This document shows, piece by piece, positions 9,582 through 21,645 of a stretch of 64,000 nucleotides of DNA. Made by a program: the position numbers and the translations under genes. Within the stretch, counting starts at the first letter, position 1. Each line of letters begins with the position of its first letter. Source of the DNA: a virus (Duplodnaviria > Caudoviricetes); the IMG/VR virus record IMGVR_UViG_3300046170_000323; one strand, written 5' to 3'. The notes below the pieces were generated by a model. That model saw only the letters and a list, made by a program, of their open reading frames with translations, searched no databases and was not told where the DNA came from.

Positions 9582-10148
9582 ATGAACATCGCAGGCATAG
9601 ATTACAGTTTGACTTCACCTGCCATATGTGTACACTCAGGTGACACATGGGATTACAAAAACTGTCAATTTTATTATATGGTAAAACGTGACAAATTGTT
9701 GCATCCAGAAAAACAATTCAATGCAACCATGTATCCCGAATATGACCACGACATCGAAAGGTTCGAAAAACTTTCAGACTGGTCTCTCAATATCCTCAAA
9801 AAACATAATGTTACAGACGCACACATCGAAGGTTATGCTTTCGGTGCAGTTGGTCGTGTCTTTCAAATTGCGGAGAACGCAGGGCATCTCAAGTATCAGA
9901 TCCACAAAGCAGGTATGGTACAAGCGGTTCATGCTCCGACTGTGATCAAAAAATTCGCAACAGGAAAGGGTAATGCGACAAAAGAAAAGATGTATGATGC
10001 ATTTTTTTCTGAAACAGGGGTTGACATTCGTGAAAAAGTTGGTATAATATCATTTAAACAATGGAACCCTATCAGTGACATTGTGGACGCATATTATATC
10101 GCAAAACACGGTTTTGTCAAGGAGAAAGAAAATGCAGATCAGTCGTAA
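9582..10148 (+). CDS. RuvC-like Holliday junction resolvase
   Basis: GIDYS, IEGYAF, IKKFATGKGNATKEKM, SDIVDAY. Confidence 0.85.
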   Translation: MNIAGIDYSLTSPAICVHSGDTWDYKNCQFYYMVKRDKLLHPEKQFNATMYPEYDHDIERFEKLSDWSLNILKKHNVTDAHIEGYAFGAVGRVFQIAENAGHLKYQIHKAGMVQAVHAPTVIKKFATGKGNATKEKMYDAFFSETGVDIREKVGIISFKQWNPISDIVDAYYIAKHGFVKEKENADQS

Positions 10149-10359
10149 GAGTTCCCTCACAGGTATCTATCGCACACGTGAGGTAAAAGTGAAAGAAAAA
10201 GATTATGAATTGTGGGAGAAGGGATACGCAAGTATCATGGATGCTATGCCTTATCTGAATGAGAATGACCGAACGTTCCTCTTGGCAGGTATTACGGATG
10301 ATGAGTGGAGACAGGCATTCTCATCTGAAATAAGTAGTATAGTAAACGACAAGTTCTAG
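10132..10359 (+). CDS. Conserved phage hypothetical protein
   Basis: MQISRKSSLTG...RTFLLAGITDDEW. Confidence 0.65.
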   Translation: MQISRKSSLTGIYRTREVKVKEKDYELWEKGYASIMDAMPYLNENDRTFLLAGITDDEWRQAFSSEISSIVNDKF

Positions 10360-10367
10360 GAGACCTC

Positions 10368-10550
10368 ATGGAAACGACATGGTTACTATTGTCATATGTT
10401 GCAGGCACAGGTATCGGTTGGTATATCGGTAACAGTAGAAATATGGAACAAACTGTAGGCGCACTTATTGACCGACTTATCAAAGATGGTTATATTAAAA
10501 CTAAAGGACACGGTTCAGACGCCGAGTTGTTGAAACACTGGGAAGAGTAA
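10368..10550 (+). CDS. Small membrane protein
   Basis: N-terminal hydrophobic segment, RBS. Confidence 0.6.
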   Translation: METTWLLLSYVAGTGIGWYIGNSRNMEQTVGALIDRLIKDGYIKTKGHGSDAELLKHWEE

Positions 10551-11189
10551 ATGAGTATTATTATCTTTAATGGCCCACCCAAATCGGGTAAGGACGAAGC
10601 AGCGTCTTATTTCAAGAGACGTGGTTTTGCACATCTTAGTTTTAAACACCAACTGTTTAAGGAAACAATCAATGAGTTTGCTGTTGATACTATATGGTTC
10701 ATGGATGGTTTTAATGACCGTTCTACTAAAGAACGTCCAGAAGATGAACTTCGTGGAATGTCTCGTCGAGAGGCAATGATCCACACATCAGAAGATGTTA
10801 TCAAACCAAAATATGGTAAGTCATTTTTTGGTGACAAGGTCGCAGAAGAACTTGACATTGGTAACGAGTACGTTATCAGTGACGGTGGTTTTGTAGAAGA
10901 ACTTGAACCTATCATTGATAAGATTGGTGCAGATAATATTCTTCTCGTTCAACTCGTACGAGATGGTTGCACATACGAATATGATTCCCGCCGATACTTT
11001 AACGGTTACTGTATTAAAGAATTCATCAATGGATATAAATCAGACTTTCAAACTCAGTATCTACTAGAAACTGAGATGCCTTTGACCACCTATCGCATAT
11101 ATAATAATGGAACCCTTTCTGGATTCCATCACTCCTTGGAGAAAATATACGAAATGGTCATCGGGAGAGAAGATGAAACTGACAGCTGA
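10551..11189 (+). CDS. Deoxynucleoside monophosphate kinase (gp1-like)
   Basis: NGPPKSGKD P-loop, SRREAM, VISDGGF. Confidence 0.8.
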   Translation: MSIIIFNGPPKSGKDEAASYFKRRGFAHLSFKHQLFKETINEFAVDTIWFMDGFNDRSTKERPEDELRGMSRREAMIHTSEDVIKPKYGKSFFGDKVAEELDIGNEYVISDGGFVEELEPIIDKIGADNILLVQLVRDGCTYEYDSRRYFNGYCIKEFINGYKSDFQTQYLLETEMPLTTYRIYNNGTLSGFHHSLEKIYEMVIGREDETDS

Positions 11190-11391
11190 ACAACATGGCG
11201 AAATGGTTTTTCATATCTTGTTTAATGATTATCACAGACCCTTTGTAAAAGGCAAAGCGAACAAATCAAAGATTGAAGACCAAATTATAATCGGTATGTA
11301 CAAAAAGGAAATCCCACCATGTACACAAGCAGACGTAGACATGGTAGTACTCTTAGTAAATGATCTTATTGCAAATGGTATTGACAACTAA
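11173..11391 (+). CDS. Hypothetical protein
   Basis: ORF from ATG 11173 with RBS. Confidence 0.6.
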   Translation: MKLTAEQHGEMVFHILFNDYHRPFVKGKANKSKIEDQIIIGMYKKEIPPCTQADVDMVVLLVNDLIANGIDN

Positions 11392-11409
11392 TTAATATGG
11401 AAGTTCGTA

Positions 11410-12168
11410 ATGGTTGAGAAATTAGTCGGTATACCCCGGCCTAATATTGTGAACCTCAAAGAATGCGAGGATCGTCGAGAGTATATGTCTAATGCGCTTA
11501 GTGCATTGGGTGTAGACCTTGTACGGTTTTATCAATTTGAACGGTATGAAAACTCCAATGTAAAAGCCTTCTGTGATGACATGATCGAACCTTACTGGAT
11601 CGACAAGGGTACAACAACCTCACACCTACTCACAATCAAAACATGGTTAGAAGAAACGGACGAAGAGGTTGGTCTGTTCATGGAAGATGACGTGGATTTC
11701 TCTACAGTCCAACACTGGAACTTCACCTTCGAAGAGTTTCTCTCAAGGATGGGTACAAAGTGGGGCGCACTACAATTAGGTATCGTACACGAAGGAACTC
11801 CTAACATGGTTCCTCGTAAACGTGAACAACAAGATCATGGACTTCAGTGTTACATGTTAAAACGTAGATATGCAACTAAGTTAGTTAAGTTCTATTTCAA
11901 TCAGGGGGATGACACGATACATTATAGAATGCCCGTTGGGGCGGCGTTGTCTTTAGAGAACGCAGTCTTATGGGGGTTTGACAGAGTATTTACCTTTCCA
12001 CTGTTTAACCACAATGTGACAGAGTTCACATCAAACAACATCTTCAGTCCAAACGCACAGGTTCAAGCGTCTATAAGATCCTATCATACCATTAGAGCAT
12101 GGTGGGAGAATACAGGCAGAAACCTCAGTCTGGATGAAATATTCGAAAACAACACAATAGATTACTAA
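11410..12168 (+). CDS. Glycosyltransferase family 25-like
   Basis: IVNL...DRREYM, SHL.., FMEDDV motif. Confidence 0.75.
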   Translation: MVEKLVGIPRPNIVNLKECEDRREYMSNALSALGVDLVRFYQFERYENSNVKAFCDDMIEPYWIDKGTTTSHLLTIKTWLEETDEEVGLFMEDDVDFSTVQHWNFTFEEFLSRMGTKWGALQLGIVHEGTPNMVPRKREQQDHGLQCYMLKRRYATKLVKFYFNQGDDTIHYRMPVGAALSLENAVLWGFDRVFTFPLFNHNVTEFTSNNIFSPNAQVQASIRSYHTIRAWWENTGRNLSLDEIFENNTIDY

Positions 12169-12179
12169 AAGGAAAAATT

Positions 12180-13142
12180 ATGAGCGTAGTATATAAAGGT
12201 CAAGTGATTGATTCTGAACTATCTAAAAACTCGTTTGGTGGCACAGAAATGATGCGTGAACGAGTTATCAAGAATGTAGACCCACAGTGGTTGGATAAAG
12301 TTGCAATTCACTTTTCTCGTCCACGTCAATTGTTCGATGATGTATTGAACATCATGTACTGCCACGATCTTGCAGAAGATCCAGAGAATAATATTCTTGC
12401 GAATGGTGGATGGCAAAAGTTTGATCACTTTGTCTTTGTCTCTGCATGGCAACGTGACCAATACATAGATAGGTTTGGTATCCCTTATTCGAAGAGTACC
12501 GTAATCTACAATGCGGTGGAAACACAATATGACCCTTATCAAAAAGATGTGGAAACAATTCGTTTCATTTATCACACTACTCCTCATAGGGGTTTGGAGC
12601 TTCTCGTTCCTATTTTTGATTCTCTATCTCAGCATTTTCCTAATATTCATTTGGATGTTTATTCGTCTTTTGGGATTTACGGTTGGGAACAGAGGGACGA
12701 ACCATACAAACCTCTTTTCGAAAGAATCGAAAACCACGAAAAAATGACCTATCATGGGCATCAACCCAATGATGTTGTCTTGGAAGCTTTGAAGAAGTCT
12801 CACATCTTTCTCTATCCAAACATCTGGAAAGAGACATCGTGTATTGCAATGATCGAAGCAATCAAAAACCAATGTATTGTCATTCATCCAAACTACGGTG
12901 CATTGACAGAGACTGCGGCTAATGCGACAATCGTTTACGAATATAACGAAGACAAGGGTGCACATGCGAACTATGCATTCTCCATTGCTGCACAACTCCT
13001 CAAAGTTCAACAGGAGAACCCAAACTATTTTAATCGTTTCACATTCAGTGATCGATACAACCTTGCGAGAAACAATATCGATTCCTTCACAAACGTGTGG
13101 AATCAGGTTCTCTCGCTACTAGTACAGGAGTCCGAAAAATAA
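12180..13142 (+). CDS. GT-B glycosyltransferase (GT4-like)
   Basis: FGGTE, FVSAWQ, RGLELL, FLYPNIWKETSCIAMIEA, YGALTET. Confidence 0.85.
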   Translation: MSVVYKGQVIDSELSKNSFGGTEMMRERVIKNVDPQWLDKVAIHFSRPRQLFDDVLNIMYCHDLAEDPENNILANGGWQKFDHFVFVSAWQRDQYIDRFGIPYSKSTVIYNAVETQYDPYQKDVETIRFIYHTTPHRGLELLVPIFDSLSQHFPNIHLDVYSSFGIYGWEQRDEPYKPLFERIENHEKMTYHGHQPNDVVLEALKKSHIFLYPNIWKETSCIAMIEAIKNQCIVIHPNYGALTETAANATIVYEYNEDKGAHANYAFSIAAQLLKVQQENPNYFNRFTFSDRYNLARNNIDSFTNVWNQVLSLLVQESEK

Positions 13143-13146
13143 CAGC

Positions 13147-13175
13147 TTGACATTACTGCCAAAATGTACTACAAT
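13147..13175 (+). promoter_or_regulatory. Sigma70-type promoter
   Basis: TTGACA, 17 bp, TACAAT upstream of rnh. Confidence 0.7.
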
Positions 13176-13207
13176 TATGGTAATGTAAATTTGTTGGAAA
13201 TTATAAT

Positions 13208-14074
13208 ATGGCAATCTTAGTAGATTTTAATCAGGTGATGCTCGCCTCGTTCTTCGCAGCGACTGGTGGTCACGCCAATGAAAATGACATTGACGAGTCA
13301 ATGATTCGTCACATGTTTCTCAATTCAATTCGTTTCAACCGTAAGAAGTTTACGGAAGAATGGGGCGAAATTATTATTTGTTGTGATAGTAAGAATGTAT
13401 GGCGAAAAGATATATATCCTTACTACAAGGCAAATCGGAAGAAGGCTCGTAATGAGTCTGATATCGACTGGAACAAACTTTTTACAGTTGTTCACAAGAT
13501 TCGTGACGAACTAGACGAATTCTTTCCTTACAAAGTCATAAATATTGATCGATGTGAGGCAGATGATATTATTGGAACAATCTGTCACCGTGAAGGAACT
13601 GAACTAAATACAGGTAGTGAAAAGTATTTGATCTTGTCTGGTGACAAGGATTATATTCAATTACATAACTATGCAAACGTTGGTCAGTATGATCCAGTAC
13701 GTAAACGGTGGATCCGCAATGATAATCCTGAGAGATATTTCAAGGAGCATCTATTGAAGGGTGACGCAGGGGATGGAGTACCAAATGTTCTCTCTCCAGA
13801 TAACTGTTTAGCGATTGGTGAACGTCAAAGACCAATGACTTCCAAGAGACTATACACTCTTTTGGATCAAGGTGAAAAGGGAATGTCTGAAGAAGTTCTT
13901 TCTGCATTCCATCGTAATCGCATGATGATTGATCTGAATGAAGTGCCCCAAAACTATAAAGACGAAATTGTAGAGAAGTTTGATGAAGAAAAAACAGTTG
14001 GTAGAGAACACCTCTTCAACTTCTTTGTTAAAAATAAACTAAAGAACCTTCTCACTGATATACAGGACTTTTAA
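13208..14074 (+). CDS. rnh: T4-type RNase H / 5'-3' exonuclease
   Basis: LVDFNQ, CCDS..WRKDIYPYYKANRKK, EADDIIG, SGDKDYIQL, GDAGDGVPN. Confidence 0.93.
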   Translation: MAILVDFNQVMLASFFAATGGHANENDIDESMIRHMFLNSIRFNRKKFTEEWGEIIICCDSKNVWRKDIYPYYKANRKKARNESDIDWNKLFTVVHKIRDELDEFFPYKVINIDRCEADDIIGTICHREGTELNTGSEKYLILSGDKDYIQLHNYANVGQYDPVRKRWIRNDNPERYFKEHLLKGDAGDGVPNVLSPDNCLAIGERQRPMTSKRLYTLLDQGEKGMSEEVLSAFHRNRMMIDLNEVPQNYKDEIVEKFDEEKTVGREHLFNFFVKNKLKNLLTDIQDF

Positions 14075-14076
14075 AA

Positions 14077-14511
14077 ATGAAACGATTGGCGATATCTATC
14101 GTATTGGAACGTGCCGCAAAAATGCGGTCAAAGAAAGAAAAGACAGAGTGGCTACAGGCTCACGACTCAGTACCTATGCGCACATGTCTTAGATTGTTGT
14201 ATGACGAAGGTGCAGAATTCCTTGTACCAGATGAAGCTCCACCCTATAACAAAAATCAGACACCTGATGAAGGTATGATGTTATATCACGAGTTTCGAAA
14301 ACTTCGCATCTTTGTAAGAGGTGGTGGTTACGATAACCTAAACCAAACAAAGAGAGAATCTCTGTTCATCGGACTACTAGAAGACGTTTGTGAGTCTGAT
14401 GCAGATATGCTCTGTAAGATGATCACTCGACAGAAGATCAAAGGTCTTACAAAAGCAACAGTGGAAGAAGCATTTCCACGTATTTTTATAGATCCAATCA
14501 AACTGAGTTAA
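14077..14511 (+). CDS. Conserved T4-like hypothetical protein
   Basis: 144 aa; KRESLFIGLLE pattern recalled from genes following rnh. Confidence 0.7.
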   Translation: MKRLAISIVLERAAKMRSKKEKTEWLQAHDSVPMRTCLRLLYDEGAEFLVPDEAPPYNKNQTPDEGMMLYHEFRKLRIFVRGGGYDNLNQTKRESLFIGLLEDVCESDADMLCKMITRQKIKGLTKATVEEAFPRIFIDPIKLS

Positions 14512-14517
14512 AGGACA

Positions 14518-14688
14518 ATGGCAAAAAAATTCAAGAACTTCCGCAAAAATGATCATTACGATGATGAATGGGGCGATGTTAATGAAGACCGTCTCAAAGA
14601 AAAAGAACGTGCTAAAAAGAATAAGCAACGTAAGCAAGAAGTACGTGAACGAAAACACATAGCGTTTAAAGACTTTAGAGATAATTGA
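14518..14688 (+). CDS. Small charged protein (56 aa)
   Basis: RBS AAGGA; MAKKFKNFRK...DN*; below ORF track cutoff. Confidence 0.6.
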   Translation: MAKKFKNFRKNDHYDDEWGDVNEDRLKEKERAKKNKQRKQEVRERKHIAFKDFRDN

Positions 14689-14692
14689 AAAA

Positions 14693-14747
14693 AATTTGAA
14701 TTAATTTCAAATTAGGGCTTGACATTTGGTGCATTATAGACTATATT
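14693..14747 (+). promoter_or_regulatory. Early promoter with upstream palindrome
   Basis: AATTTGAA-N5-TTCAAATT, then GGGCTTGACA, 17 bp, TATATT. Confidence 0.8.
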
Positions 14748-14776
14748 AATAGTGTACTAAGAAAGAAAGATATATT

Positions 14777-15361
14777 ATGTTTGCTACTAAAGAAAAAACC
14801 ATCCTCACCGATTGTGACGGAGTTCTATTAGACTGGGAGTACGCTTTCGGTCAATGGATGTACCGGCATGGTTATCGGGTTGTCCAAGATGGTTGCTATG
14901 ATATGGATACCAAATACGGTATCGAACGGAAAGAATCAAAACGGTTGGTTCGGATGTTCAACGAGTCTGCTTGGATTCGGAAATTGCCTCCTCTTCGGGA
15001 CGCAATAAAATACGTGAAAAAACTCCACGAAGAACATGGATATGTATTCCATGCGATTACTAGTTTGAGTAACGATCAATACGCTCAACATCTACGGTCT
15101 AAGAACCTTCGGGAACTCTTTGGTGAGACTGCCTTCGAACGGTATGTCTACCTTGACACTGGTGCTGATAAGGACGACGAACTCGAACCTTATCGGGGAA
15201 CTGGTTGTTACTGGGTTGAAGATAAACCTGAGAACGCTGACTTAGGTCACGATCTTGGCCTAGATACTTTACTAGTCGCCCACAGTCACAACGTAAGTTA
15301 CGATGGCCCTGTCAAGCGGGTTCGGGACTGGAAGGAGATTTACCATATTATCACAGGATAG
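14777..15361 (+). CDS. HAD-family 5'(3')-nucleotidase-like protein
   Basis: DCDGVLLDW motif I, WVEDK motif IV. Confidence 0.8.
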   Translation: MFATKEKTILTDCDGVLLDWEYAFGQWMYRHGYRVVQDGCYDMDTKYGIERKESKRLVRMFNESAWIRKLPPLRDAIKYVKKLHEEHGYVFHAITSLSNDQYAQHLRSKNLRELFGETAFERYVYLDTGADKDDELEPYRGTGCYWVEDKPENADLGHDLGLDTLLVAHSHNVSYDGPVKRVRDWKEIYHIITG

Positions 15362-15364
15362 AGT

Positions 15365-15616
15365 ATGCCAACATACAACTTTAAAAACATAAATACTAAT
15401 GAAGAATTTGAGGTCACTATGAAAATTAGTGACCTTGACGCATATAAGGAAGCGCATCCTGAGTTGAAACAATTCATATCGAAACCACCATCTATTGGTG
15501 ATTCGGTTCGTTTAGGGTTGAGGAAACCAGATGCAGGCTTTCGTGATGTACTAAAAAATGTGAAGCAACACCACCCTGGCTCTAGAAATATCCAGAACAA
15601 GATAAACGATTGGTAA
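15365..15616 (+). CDS. FmdB-like small protein lacking the Cys ligands
   Basis: MPTYNF...EEFE start; PDAGFRDVL. Confidence 0.6.
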   Translation: MPTYNFKNINTNEEFEVTMKISDLDAYKEAHPELKQFISKPPSIGDSVRLGLRKPDAGFRDVLKNVKQHHPGSRNIQNKINDW

Positions 15617-15617
15617 G

Positions 15618-15911
15618 ATGCCGAGATTAACAGTTAAAGGTCACTTTCATGTAGGACACGCTTCTCCTACACCAAACCCCTTTCATAAAACTCCGTACGT
15701 AGCGGGGCAAGATAAGGTGTGGGGTGGTGGAAGAGAAGTGATCCGTATTGGTGACAAAACTGGTTGTGGAGATCCCGCTGTTGGTGGATCATCTAAAGTT
15801 CGTGCGGCTGGGTCTTTTGTGCATAGGTTTGGTGATGCAACAGGTGGTCATGGATCTTGGGTTGCGAATAGTTCAGCAGGTGGCTTGTTTAAGATTAACG
15901 TAGGACAATGA
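15618..15911 (+). CDS. PAAR-like baseplate spike tip (gp5.4-like)
   Basis: HASP..FH, RIGDKTGCGD...GSSKV, HRFGD..GGHG. Confidence 0.8.
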   Translation: MPRLTVKGHFHVGHASPTPNPFHKTPYVAGQDKVWGGGREVIRIGDKTGCGDPAVGGSSKVRAAGSFVHRFGDATGGHGSWVANSSAGGLFKINVGQ

Positions 15912-15912
15912 T

Positions 15913-16314
15913 ATGGCAAATCCAGACTATGCTGCGTTACTTGCACAGATCGCTGCAGAAACGGATCCAGTTCTAAGACAAGCGTTAATTGATCAAGCAT
16001 ATTCCTTCCAAGAGGAATTGACTGATGAAGAAATTGAACTATTTGAATATACACAGTTTGGTTATATTGATCCAAACCCTGGCGTCTTTCAAGACACGAG
16101 TGCATTTTACTTTACGCCAGGCTATGTCGATGTTGATTATGTTATCACGGCCGCAACCTCGTATGTAGATATATATTATGTAGCAAATAATTATTTTGAA
16201 GATGCATTTGGTACTGAACCAGAATACGCTGCCTTCGTCGGTAACTACTTCGACGACACTGGTGCGAACACTGGCGGGCCATATGATCCAAGCGATTATA
16301 TATCACAATTTTAA
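15913..16314 (+). CDS. Acidic Tyr-rich hypothetical virion protein
   Basis: Between PAAR and fibre gene; repeated YV.xDY-type motifs. Confidence 0.6.
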   Translation: MANPDYAALLAQIAAETDPVLRQALIDQAYSFQEELTDEEIELFEYTQFGYIDPNPGVFQDTSAFYFTPGYVDVDYVITAATSYVDIYYVANNYFEDAFGTEPEYAAFVGNYFDDTGANTGGPYDPSDYISQF

Positions 16315-16332
16315 GGGCGGAGACTCTACTAA

Positions 16333-19300
16333 ATGGCGATTACAAAACGAATTACAAAAGGTTCATCCCTCACGTATCAAGAGATGGATGACAACCTCGA
16401 GCAGATTGCCCCCTCGCACCAGTTCTACTGGATCTATTCAAATCCCTGCAGGGACTACTGCAGAACGTGACAGTTCGCCAGCAGCAGGTTATCTGAGGTA
16501 CAACAACCAACTCAACCAGTTTGAAGGATACACCACTTCTTGGGGTGCACTCGCTGGCGGAGGCGGAGGCGGTGGTGAAGTAAACCAAAACGCATTCAGT
16601 ACTTTCTCAGTATCTGGTCAAACCAATATTGATGCGGATAGTTCAACTGACACTATCAACTTCGCCGCAGGTTCGAACATCACTCTGACAACAAACGCAT
16701 CGACTGATACTCTTACTATCGCTGCGTCATTCTCACAAGACTTTGCATACAGTTCCTTGACTGGTACACCTACTACAGTGTCAGGTTACGGTATTACAGA
16801 TGCACAACCACTTCTTGTGTCTGGTACAAATATCAAGACTGTTAACGGCAACTCTCTTATGGGTTCTGGTGATATCTCACTTACTGCCTCTACAGATTGG
16901 TCGACGATCACAAACAAACCAAACACAATATCAGGTTTTGGCATTATCGATGCATTCGATGGTGCATACTCTTCGTTGACAGGCACTCCTACAACCTTGT
17001 CTGGTTATGGTATTACAGATGGGCAGTCAACTCTCGTATCTGGTTCTTCAATCAAAACAATCAATGGTGTTTCTGTTCTTGGTTCTGGTGACTTAACAGT
17101 TACAGGATCTTATGGAGACTCTGATGTTTCTTCACACCTCAACACATTAAGTGCGACAACTGGACAAGTTCTTTCTTGGACAGGTATCGACTTCCAGTGG
17201 ATTGCGGCAGGCGGTGGTGGTGGATCTGAGACAGATCCAGTCGTAGGTGGAATCACTGGTATTGTTAAGGCGGATGGTAGTGGTAATATATCTGCTGCAG
17301 TTTCGGGTACAGATTATTCAACTTTCGATGGTGACTGGAACAGTCTCACTAATACACCCACAACTCTTACTGATGCAGGCATTGTTGCAGGTCTTCTTGA
17401 TTTAACAAATTCTAATAGTAACAATATCAACGATGGTTCAGCTGGACAATACCTTCAAACGGATGGAAATGGAAACTTTAGTTTTTCAACCGTATCAGGT
17501 GGCGGCGGTGGTGCATCTGCATGGACTGCTCTTTCTGATACACCTAACAACTATGTTGGTGCACAAAACCAAGTCGTTACAGTTAACTCTCAGGCAACAG
17601 GATTAACATTTACAACTCTTAACTCTGGTGCAGAATCAAACGATCTATCATCTATTGTTACTTGGGACATTGTACCAGATGCATACATTTCTAATACAAG
17701 TGTCGTACAACACCAATCAGATCTTCGTATTACAGAAAGTCAAATCACTGACTTACAGGCCTATCTTCTAACTGAAACTGATCCAGTCTTTAGTGCACAT
17801 ACTACTGCAAACATCAACAACGGCAGTGGTTTTCTTGCACAAGATGGTGCAGGTAACTGGTTCTACGATTCGAACACCTTATATCACAAGTACGGCTGTA
17901 GAAACAGATCCAGTCTTTACTGCGCATACAACGTATGACATTGTTCAAGGCACAGGTCTACTTGGAAACTTGGGAACTGCAAACTCTTGGTATTATGATT
18001 CAAACACATACATTCAAGGTTCAGATGTTCCAGACAACGAGACTGATCCAATCTTTAGTGCGCATACTACATCAAGCATCAACAACGGTTCTGGTTTCCT
18101 AAAACAAGACGGAGCGGGTAACTGGTTTTATGACTCGAACACATATGTAACATCTGCAGGTTCTGAAACAGATCCTGTTTTCACTGCGCATACCACATAC
18201 AATATCGCTAATGGTCTTGGATTGTTGAAGAACGATGGTGGTGGAACATGGTCATATGATAACGCTACTTACCTATCAGCTGAACTAGATCCAATCTTCG
18301 ATGCGCATACAACGTCTGACATTGTAGATGGTGAAGGTTTCCTAAGACAAGACAGTGCGAACAACTGGTATTGGGATGCAAATACTTACATTACAGCGAA
18401 TGATATCCCTGCATCTTCACTTACTCTAGACGATGTTACCACGAACGGTAGTTCCACAACTAACTCAATTGAAGTTGGTGCGGCGACAGTCGGCGGTGTT
18501 AACGTCATGTTGGAAGGTTCGAACAATGCACTTTTGTCAAACGGTGCATCATTCATTACCTTAGAAGATCTAAGTGCAACTGGTGACGTAACCTATGATA
18601 ACACAACTGGTGTGTTCTCTGCAAACATTGTGTCTACTGGAATTGAATTAAACGATCTTACTGCGATTGACGATCCAACACCAAGTGGAAACGGTTCACT
18701 AAGTTACTCTAGTTCTAACGGTACATTTGTATTCACTCCACCAGATCTTTCTGGACTAGGCGGAGGCGGTGGATCTGAAACAGATCCAGTCTTTGGTGCT
18801 TCTGCAGTTGCAAACGTTGTGGCAGCCGGATCAGGTACAGATGGTTTCTTGAGAAACTATAACGGTGAGTGGTACTATGATGCAAACACTTACAGTACTT
18901 CTACAGTCGCAAACCTTGATGATCTAGGAGATGTATCAATTTCTGGTCTTGCAGATAACGAAACCCTGCTTTGGGATTCGGGACAATCTGTGTTTGTAAA
19001 CGGTACGATAGACTCTCTTATAGATACGCATTTAAATCAATCAAACCCAACAACTGGATATGTTCTTTCTTGGGATGGTGCAGATTATGCATGGGTCGCA
19101 CAGTCAGGTGGTGGCGGCGGTGGTGGTATCGCATTAACAGACTTGAGTGCATCAACTGCAGCTGCAGGTACTGCAGATCTATCTTATGACAATACAACTG
19201 GTGTGTTTACTTACACTCCACCAGATTTAAGTAGTTATCTGACTTCATATACAGACACTCTGGCAGATGTAACCAATAGAGGAAATACCTCTACGGCAGG

Positions 19301-21605
19301 TATTACTGTAAATGGTAATCTAGATGTGGCAGGTGGTGCAAGTGATGGTGGTAAGATTACTCTCAACTACGGTCAGACAGGTTCGCCTTCTTCTTCAAGT
19401 ACCAACTGGTCTTACTTAGAAGTAGAACGTGGTTCTTTGTCGAACGTAAGTATTCGTTGGCATGAAGGGTTTGATCGTTGGGAATTCACTAACGATGGTA
19501 CTAATTTTACAGAACTTGGCGCCCAAACAATACCAACATTAGATGCTGTAATGGGAGCGGGTGATGAGACGAACAACCCTCTAACACTCTACAGAGGTAC
19601 TGATGGTAATATCAACGAAGGTACTCTGAAGTTTGAAACTAGAGATACTACGCCAACTCTTGGTCAGGCAATAGGTGACATCCAATGGTATGGCGATACT
19701 GATACAGATCCAATCACCAGTACTCTTGGTGAAATGGCAAGACTCAGTGCAAACAAACATTCGAATAATTACACTGGTGGTGTAGACGTTGGACAAATGG
19801 TATTTGGTGTAACGGTTAACACAACACTAACTCCAGCATTAAAAATAGGTGACACACCTGCTGGAGGCAACCCGACTTCAACCACATATGCTACGCACTT
19901 TGAAAACCTTCCTGTATGGATGGAAGACTCACTTAGAATTTATGAAACAGTTACTGATACTGCAGACATTACCAGTGATGCTGATATTGCAGGTTTGAAA
20001 TTAACTGCATTAGATGGTTTGGGTAATTATAAAGACCGTGTTTCATTGTCTCATCAAAATAATATTGCTAGGTTAAATGTTACAGATCGTGTTAATGATG
20101 ACGAATATACAGAATTGATTATGATTCCAAGTCAAACGTCAATGCTTTCTGTTAACTATAAAGCATCAGGTGGATCTACGAGTTCGTATGATGTCTGGCA
20201 CGATTATAACGGTGGTCAAAAAGTCATAGATGAAATCACAGACGAAAATGTCTTACACAAGTTTGGTAGTTATGCAAATACTGAATACATAACTGAAAGA
20301 AGTGACTTCGGTGGTTTCAATGGTGGATCTTCTAATGGTGCTGATCTTGTGCCAAGTAGCGCACAGAATGGTTCTCTCGCTTTCTTTAATTGGCCAGATA
20401 CCTTAAATGGTACTGCAGGGGCAAACAGATATATCCCTGCAGGTCACGCAGAAGAAGTTGTACATGGAATGGGTATTCTCCGTGACGGTGGACAACACTC
20501 TTTAGGTGCACAAAGATGGGATCCATTCGGCGGCCCAGATTTTAGAGTAAGTGTAGATAATACAGGCGGTAGTGCCACAGGTCTTGGTGGACTTGTTTAC
20601 ATGTTTGGTGGTACATCAATTTCAAATGATGATACTCCTGTCACAACAATTATTACAAACCAAAACTATAACGCAACTGATGGTACGATCATTTCGCAGA
20701 CGAGTTATAGAACAGGTCAAAACACAACTACTTTCGATCATGAAGAATATGCAAGAGTAACTGTATCAGCGGTAGATGTCACTAGTGGGACAGAGGATGC
20801 AAAGATAGTTCATGCCGTACAAAAGGCAGGAACTCTTACTGATATGCTCGAAGTAAGTCCTGATGGAATTGATGTTGATGGTGATGTCACAATCGATAAT
20901 AGAAATAGACTTAGGTTGGCAGATGCAGGTGTTGATAAGGCACTGATTGGACTTAACCAAGGTAAATATCTATACATGGGATCAGAAGGTACTAATTCAG
21001 ATCCAAGAATAAGGTTTGATGGTGAAGCGACTCAGGCGGCAATTGTGCCTACACTCCCTGCAGGTTCAACAACATCAGGTGCTTCTGGATACCTAAACTT
21101 AGGTTCCACAACTTCTGCATTTAAAGAAATCCACTTAACTGATGGTGTGGTTTTTCCTGATGCTGGTGGCACTAATACCACAACTTCAAGTAATACTCTC
21201 GACTCATATGAAGAGGGCACTTTCACACCAAACCTTACAGGAACAGGTGGAGCATTCAGTGGTGCATCCTATGGCACTCAAAGTGGCAAGTACACTAAGA
21301 TTGGAGATACTGTTCATATCCAAGTGCATCTAGTTTGTTCTGCGGTAACTGGTGGTAGTGGATCTCTAGCAGTAGGTAACCTTCCGTTTACTATAGGAGG
21401 CGCTTGTGGTGCATCAATAGGATATGTCAGTGGGTTGAATGTCGATGAGACCACATTCACGCAATTCGGTTTGTACACAACTACCAGCGGAGGCGCAAGA
21501 CTCATATTTACTAAAACAGGTGATAATGCTGCCGCTGGTGAGGTATTGATTAGTGAGTTTACATCAGCATTCAACATAGTATTCACTGCCACATACAAAG
21601 TTTAA
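16333..21605 (+). CDS. Long tail/structural fibre protein, ~1756 aa after repairing +1 at ccccc 16409-16413 and tt 17879-17880
   Basis: Repaired start MAITKRITKGSSLTYQEMDDN; PAGTTAERD..RYN motif; Gly/Thr/Ser-rich repeats; C-terminal DSYEEGTFTP...YTKIG domain; joins ORFs 16196-17938 and 17793-21605. Confidence 0.85.
17773..18390 (+). repeat. Five tandem ~38-40-aa coding repeats, ETDP[VI]F.AHTT...G.GFL..DG.G.W.YD.NTY
   Basis: Seen in translation; further degenerate copies near 17225 and 18777. Confidence 0.85.
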
Positions 21606-21645
21606 ATTAACCCTTTCGGAGATTGGGTCGGACAGGAGAAAATAA

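Noticed and set aside
14693-14713. FNR box upstream of the early promoters
   Set aside because: The motif is TTGAA-N5-TTCAA, not TTGAT-N4-ATCAA; spacing and bases differ
17773-18390. Possible CRISPR-like array
   Set aside because: The repeats are degenerate, in-frame protein repeats with no constant DNA repeat and unique spacers
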